A DNA stretch of 64,000 nt from a virus. Below the pieces are notes generated by a model, which was not told the origin of the DNA, did not search any database, and worked only from the letters and a program-made list of their open reading frames with translations. The position numbers were made by a program, and so were the translations under genes. The stretch lies in the IMG/VR virus record IMGVR_UViG_3300044609_000721. One strand, 5' to 3'. Of this stretch, positions 63,045 to 64,000 are shown piece by piece (positions within the stretch are counted from its first letter, which is position 1; each line of letters starts with the position of its first letter).

Positions 63045-63872
63045 ATGGCAGAACCCGTTTATATGCCCGATCCATGGGCAGCACTCGCATCACAGCACTC
63101 AGACATCCGTAGAGAAGGTTCTGTAGAGCGTGGCGAGATTCGTTATGACATCGCAACTAAGACTGGCGATGTTCGTGAAGCAGTTCTCGTTGGAAATTCT
63201 GATCTTCGTAGAGAAGGAGCAGTCGGTCTTGGCGAGACTAAGTATGCTATCGCTGCTTCATCAGAAAACACCAACCGTGATGTTTTAACTTCTGGTTATC
63301 ACACACAAGTTAAGGTAGACGAAGCTGCTGATAAGATTCAGCAAAGAGCTACCGACTTCTATATTTCTGGACAAGCAAGAGATTTTGATCAGTCCCGTGA
63401 TCTTGCTGCTCTAAGAGCAGTCACAGACCTCGCTTCTCAAAAACTCAGTTCAGAAATTCTTCTCGCTACTGAGAAGACTGCTACTGCTGCTGCTCTTGAG
63501 TCAGCAAAAGTTGCTGCTGCTGTAGCACTTGGTCAGCATCAACTCAGCAGAGAGATTGCTGAAGGTAAGTATGAGACTAGCAAGCAGATTTCTTACGAAA
63601 ATGAGAAGACTCGTGACCTCATCAATTCACTCAAGAATGATGAACTCAATCGTATGCTGATTGAGCGTAACACCGACCTAAGTGGTTGCCGTCAGGATTA
63701 CTGGGCTGCCAGAGAGGGTCTGTTCAACAGTCAGTTCGCTGCTCTTTCTTCACAAGTTAATTCTCAGTTCAACGCTTTAAACAGCCAAGTAGCTGAGACC
63801 CGTCAGGGTATGGTTAACTTCGGAACCATGGCTGGAGTTGGTCAGTCTTCAACCAGCAACGCTGTACGCTGA
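63045..63872 (+). CDS. hendecad-repeat coiled-coil protein
   Basis: Start MAEPVY at 63045 with AAGGAG SD; 11-residue periodicity; GCT/CGT/ACT-rich codons. Confidence 0.75.
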   Translation: MAEPVYMPDPWAALASQHSDIRREGSVERGEIRYDIATKTGDVREAVLVGNSDLRREGAVGLGETKYAIAASSENTNRDVLTSGYHTQVKVDEAADKIQQRATDFYISGQARDFDQSRDLAALRAVTDLASQKLSSEILLATEKTATAAALESAKVAAAVALGQHQLSREIAEGKYETSKQISYENEKTRDLINSLKNDELNRMLIERNTDLSGCRQDYWAAREGLFNSQFAALSSQVNSQFNALNSQVAETRQGMVNFGTMAGVGQSSTSNAVR

Positions 63873-63892
63873 TTTAGTTCAGTAGTTATCAA

Positions 63893-63918
63893 GGGGGAGA
63901 CCATCTCCCCCCTTTTTT
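63893..63918 (+). terminator. intrinsic terminator
   Basis: GGGGGAGA-CCA-TCTCCCCC then T6. Confidence 0.85.
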
Positions 63919-63932
63919 AAAGGAGAATAACT

Positions 63933-64000
63933 ATGGACTCAGCAGAAAGAAGACTTATTGACCTTTATAATCTCCTCGCTCAATACCAAAGAAATGGAGA
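63933..64000 (+). CDS. 5' end of a gene truncated by the window edge
   Basis: AAGGAG SD; MDSAERRLIDLYNLLANTKEME... Confidence 0.65.
   Translation, partial: MDSAERRLIDLYNLLAQYQRNG

Noticed and set aside
1-64000. Stop-codon reassignment, introns, inteins or homing endonuclease insertions in core genes
   Set aside because: Core genes are intact and of expected length under the standard code; no suppressor tRNA and no insertion motifs seen

Overview
64 kb of a T4-like cyanobacterial myovirus (Kyanoviridae-type), almost all on the minus strand. Left to right: (1) 1-13.7 kb, an early accessory region of small hypothetical ORFs with recurring sigma70 promoter/stem-loop cassettes, a DUF262-like gene and a pyrimidine-dimer glycosylase; (2) 13.8-21.9 kb, a tightly coupled run of nine Fe(II)/2OG-type or JmjC oxygenases plus a flavin-dependent halogenase; (3) 21.9-33 kb, tail-fibre and glycine-rich adhesin-like genes; (4) 33-39.7 kb, tRNAs (Thr, Leu, Val), speD, gp5, rlpA, cpeT and cp12; (5) 39.7-51.2 kb, the baseplate/tail module with two tape-measure-like genes carrying peptidoglycan hydrolase domains, then gp26, a gp51-like ORF, a gp54-like gene, gp4, gp48 and gp53; (6) 51.2-59 kb, gp32, gp59, gp33, exonuclease, phoH, thyX, rnh, glutaredoxin and tRNAs Pro and Ser; (7) a 1113-aa glycine-rich virion protein and a plus-strand coiled-coil gene. 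Best leads: the oxygenase/halogenase operon downstream of the adhesin genes; a predicted -1 frameshift fusing gp26 to the gp51-like ORF just upstream of the tape-measure genes; an unannotated ~50-nt sRNA complementary to the host Yfr1 motif; and two switch-like structured leaders. All family calls come from motif recognition by eye; no database searches or folding programs were run.
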